Source of the DNA: Puniceicoccales bacterium
GTDB lineage: Bacteria > Verrucomicrobiota > Verrucomicrobiia > Opitutales > JAIRKQ01
Length of the DNA: 64,000 bases
Reading direction: 5' to 3'
Assembly: GCA_031266345.1 (NCBI GenBank)
Contig: JAISBD010000004.1
Span: 10,103-74,102, forward strand
This document shows positions 61,272-64,000 of this stretch, piece after piece. The notes beneath the pieces were generated by a model. It had not been told where the DNA came from. It did no database searches and saw only the letters and a list, made by a program, of their open reading frames with translations. The translations under genes and the position numbers were made by a program. Position 1 is the stretch's first letter; the number at the start of each line of letters is the position of its first letter.

Positions 61272-62037
61272 CTAAATCTAGCATTTCCTTAAGTGCATTT
61301 ATCGTTTCCCCTACTCCAGCAGCACTACGACTTATTCTATCTGCGCTGTGAGGATGTATCCATATCGAAACTGAAACTTTATCCCCCTCACGATTAACAT
61401 AATGCATTGTACCATGCGCACTATCCCCCGCCTTTATTTCTATTTTTAATTTTGCTTGATTGTCAAAAAGGTACTCTGCAAGGCCTTTGAAATCTTCTGA
61501 TTTTATCATTCCTGCTGTTCCAATCTTATTTAACCAATTTTCTATCTTTTCATCTGCAATGCGAGTTGGAGGTAACATTTCCTCTGGAGGCGGCGGTGGC
61601 GGTCTGTCAACGCCTTTCGCTTTGCCTTTTTTTCGGAAAAGTGGTCCTTCAGCTGGAAGTACCGGAGGCGGCGGCGGCGGCAAATCTGGGCAGCGTATCC
61701 CACTAACTTCAATATTTCCTTCACTATTCCTGGTAGTTTCAATAGTATAACTCCTATGATCTCTCTCAAAGGTAATTGAGAAATCTCCTTGCGCATCACT
61801 TGTAAGTTTTTTCCGAATCGCACTTTCAATTGCAGCATCGGTAAAACCAGCGCTATTTGCACTTTTTCTAATACTAGCGGTTTTAAAGTAAATAACCGGC
61901 CCCTCTGTACCTTCGCCAATTAGTACACCTCTTCGAGGTATACTTTGCGCTACACTTCTAGTGCCAAAAGTAGCTTCTGCTTGCTGCCCTTGAACCGGTG
62001 TTTGATTTCCTACTGGCTCTATATTTTGTGAACTCAT
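61267..62037 (-). CDS. Hypothetical polyproline-containing protein, candidate effector
   Basis: 256-aa ORF, S/Q/N-rich N-terminus, LPPPPPP and RPPPPPP, promoter TTGAAA-16-TATACT. Confidence 0.7.
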   Translation of the reverse strand: MSSQNIEPVGNQTPVQGQQAEATFGTRSVAQSIPRRGVLIGEGTEGPVIYFKTASIRKSANSAGFTDAAIESAIRKKLTSDAQGDFSITFERDHRSYTIETTRNSEGNIEVSGIRCPDLPPPPPPVLPAEGPLFRKKGKAKGVDRPPPPPPEEMLPPTRIADEKIENWLNKIGTAGMIKSEDFKGLAEYLFDNQAKLKIEIKAGDSAHGTMHYVNREGDKVSVSIWIHPHSADRISRSAAGVGETINALKEMLDLE

Positions 62038-62197
62038 AATGGACAGAGTATATGAAAAAGGTACGCTGTTTCAAGCTTTTTTATAAAAAAATTCATAGTT
62101 GAAGAACTCTATTTAAAGTTAGCTCGGGAAGTGTAGGCATGCCTATTTAATCCGACTACATGTCACTCTCTGTTTTTTCCTTTTCCAAAGAAAAAAA

Positions 62198-62497
62198 TTA
62201 ATTTTCAATGTTTTCGCCTTCAATCTCAAGCTCGATAATTCTGCATAGAATTGAATTGCCTGTTATTCTATCCTCTGCGCTATAAGAATACCTTACATCT
62301 ACTAGTCTGTCTTCTTCACAAAAAAAATACCGCCAATTACCATTGAATATAATACCCTGATCTTCCACAAACCTATTACTTATCCTTAGCCGTTCAGCTT
62401 TTGTAAGCTTGCTATGGAATTTATCTGCAACGTCCCGCGGGGCGGCACATGAAATTATTCCCGTTGAAAAAACTTCAACCATACCGCTGCTATCCAT
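62198..62497 (-). CDS. Hypothetical protein (99 aa)
   Basis: ATG preceded by AAGGAAG; TTGACA upstream at 62587-62592. Confidence 0.5.
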   Translation of the reverse strand: MDSSGMVEVFSTGIISCAAPRDVADKFHSKLTKAERLRISNRFVEDQGIIFNGNWRYFFCEEDRLVDVRYSYSAEDRITGNSILCRIIELEIEGENIEN

Positions 62498-62523
62498 AGT
62501 GCTTCCTTGTTTAAATTAGGGAA

Positions 62524-62554
62524 TTAGGGAAATAATCACATGATTTTTCCCTAA
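62524..62554. promoter_or_regulatory. Inverted repeat (operator or 5' UTR hairpin) upstream of the 99-aa ORF
   Basis: TTAGGGAAA(T)AATCA-CA-TGATT-TTTCCCTAA. Confidence 0.45.
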
Positions 62555-62764
62555 CTATGGATTGCATAGCTTAATTATTTTGATATTGTCAATAAAAAAC
62601 CAATCTTTTCTTACACAGGAGATATCTTTTCTTGCTCCATGCAAAAATTTTGCTCGACTTAAACTCCTTGTCATCGGTTTGGATAAATTTTCTAGCGCCT
62701 CATGGGTGTCTTTGCTAACTCTTCTATGAGTTTCTCCCCTGGTGCGTAAACATTTCCTAGAATT

Positions 62765-64000
62765 TTATCTCCCAGTGGCGTGGCGAGCGGCATAGGAATT
62801 ATCAACATTAAGGCCGGGACTGTAGCTTGCCCACGCATCTGGCTCTATGATCATCTTCGTCGGGCTTTGCTCAAGCGCTTCCACTCTAGCTTTAAGCCCC
62901 CTTGCCCGTGACATCGCCGCAGAGAGCTGTGGCCTCGTAAGCCCGCATTCCCCGTACATTGCCTCCAATTCTTTCAAATCAAGGGCCCTGATTACATTTC
63001 GCATTTCACTATCTATGAAGGGGGGCATGCCATAATTCCTTAGAGAAACTCCGTCAATGGCATATTCTCTTTGTCCATCGAATTTGACTAGTTGATCGGG
63101 GATGGAATCAGCAAAATTCCGCGGCGGTTTCGTTGGAAACGATAGGTCGTGGTCGATGCCAACTGGAAGATTTCCCACATACATTACGTTATCCCCATGT
63201 CTGTCCATCTGCCCAGTCAATATGTCCATGAGCTGCAACCATGTTTCGCGGCGAATGAATTCATTGTCGTAAATCAATATGTCTCTACCAGTACGCTCTT
63301 CCTCATCAATCACACTGCCAATAGTCTGTCCTTCTAAATATTCCATGGCAATGCAAGCTTTTCCATTTGCTTCTGCCGCTGATACCTCGGCTATCACGTG
63401 GGGTACTTCTACGCCTATAGATCTCCCCACTTCTGTAACCATACCCTGCAACTTTGAGGTGGCCAGATTACACCTGTAATTCCCACTTGCTACTCCGGTA
63501 ATTCCTTGAGACAGAGCTGCATTTGCGATGCCTCCTTCATCTCCCGAATTGAATATCTTCACCACTATCGGTTCTTGTCCATTTTGATCCCTATGTATAA
63601 GGCACGCGGTACCGCAGTTCCCTGAGCCCAAAACTATTGCCGGAAGGAAGGACATTTTTTCCAGGCCTGATTGACCATTTATTTTGGCATCTAGCCATAC
63701 TTGCGACTTTTCGATTTGCTGAGCTACGGTGCGACAAGCGGGAATATTGTCGCATTCATTTATTGAACGCGGGGGGAAGGGTGTTCGTTGTATCATTTTC
63801 GTGTTGCCACCCAATTGGGTTAATACCGCTTTTAGCGCCAATATTTCATCCTGTGACAGGTCATTTTGCCGCATAAATTTCTCCACATCACCCAACGCAG
63901 AGCTTATTTCACCCATGCGTGAATTTATTTCCCTACGACTTACTGTTCGATGGGTAAAATTAACAATGGGTGTGACGATGGCGGCAACCCTCGATCTTCT
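62765..64000 (-). CDS. PI3/PI4-kinase-superfamily (atypical kinase) protein, 5'-truncated by window edge; candidate effector
   Basis: LGSGNCG, VVKIF, MEYLEG, DILTGQMDRHGDN, GIDHDLSF; frame open from 63916 to 64000. Confidence 0.78.
   Translation of the reverse strand, partial: RRSRVAAIVTPIVNFTHRTVSRREINSRMGEISSALGDVEKFMRQNDLSQDEILALKAVLTQLGGNTKMIQRTPFPPRSINECDNIPACRTVAQQIEKSQVWLDAKINGQSGLEKMSFLPAIVLGSGNCGTACLIHRDQNGQEPIVVKIFNSGDEGGIANAALSQGITGVASGNYRCNLATSKLQGMVTEVGRSIGVEVPHVIAEVSAAEANGKACIAMEYLEGQTIGSVIDEEERTGRDILIYDNEFIRRETWLQLMDILTGQMDRHGDNVMYVGNLPVGIDHDLSFPTKPPRNFADSIPDQLVKFDGQREYAIDGVSLRNYGMPPFIDSEMRNVIRALDLKELEAMYGECGLTRPQLSAAMSRARGLKARVEALEQSPTKMIIEPDAWASYSPGLNVDNSYAARHATGR

Overview
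A 64-kb chromosomal segment of a compact, code-11, Gram-negative anaerobe. Protein style suggests Verrucomicrobiota (Opitutales/Puniceicoccales-like); this is inference, no search was run. Most of the window is housekeeping: udg, rsmE, a UvrD/AddA-type helicase, lysC, plsY, lptCAB, ligA, dnaN, waaA, prmC, pssA, ftsY, ispDF, ppx, lpxA, ftsI, rnpB, tyrS, rplU-rpmA, PFOR, a Gld-type ABC system, dnaE and three tRNAs. Two accessory loci look like a host-manipulation (effector) repertoire. (1) A ~3430-aa protein (19675-29967) fuses an H/N/Q/C cysteine-protease-like N-terminal domain to a DUF3638/DUF3645-type SF2 ATPase core. (2) An AT-rich cluster at 58.1-64 kb encodes a repeat-containing papain-like protein, a polyproline protein followed by a decayed OTU deubiquitinase domain that the ORF track misses, and a PI3/4-kinase-superfamily protein. 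Other points: a probably acquired tryptophanase-family gene with a long structured leader, a half-size PnuC-like gene, a YoeB toxin with a non-YefM antitoxin, a CDS overlapping a tRNA, and several apparently leaderless promoters.
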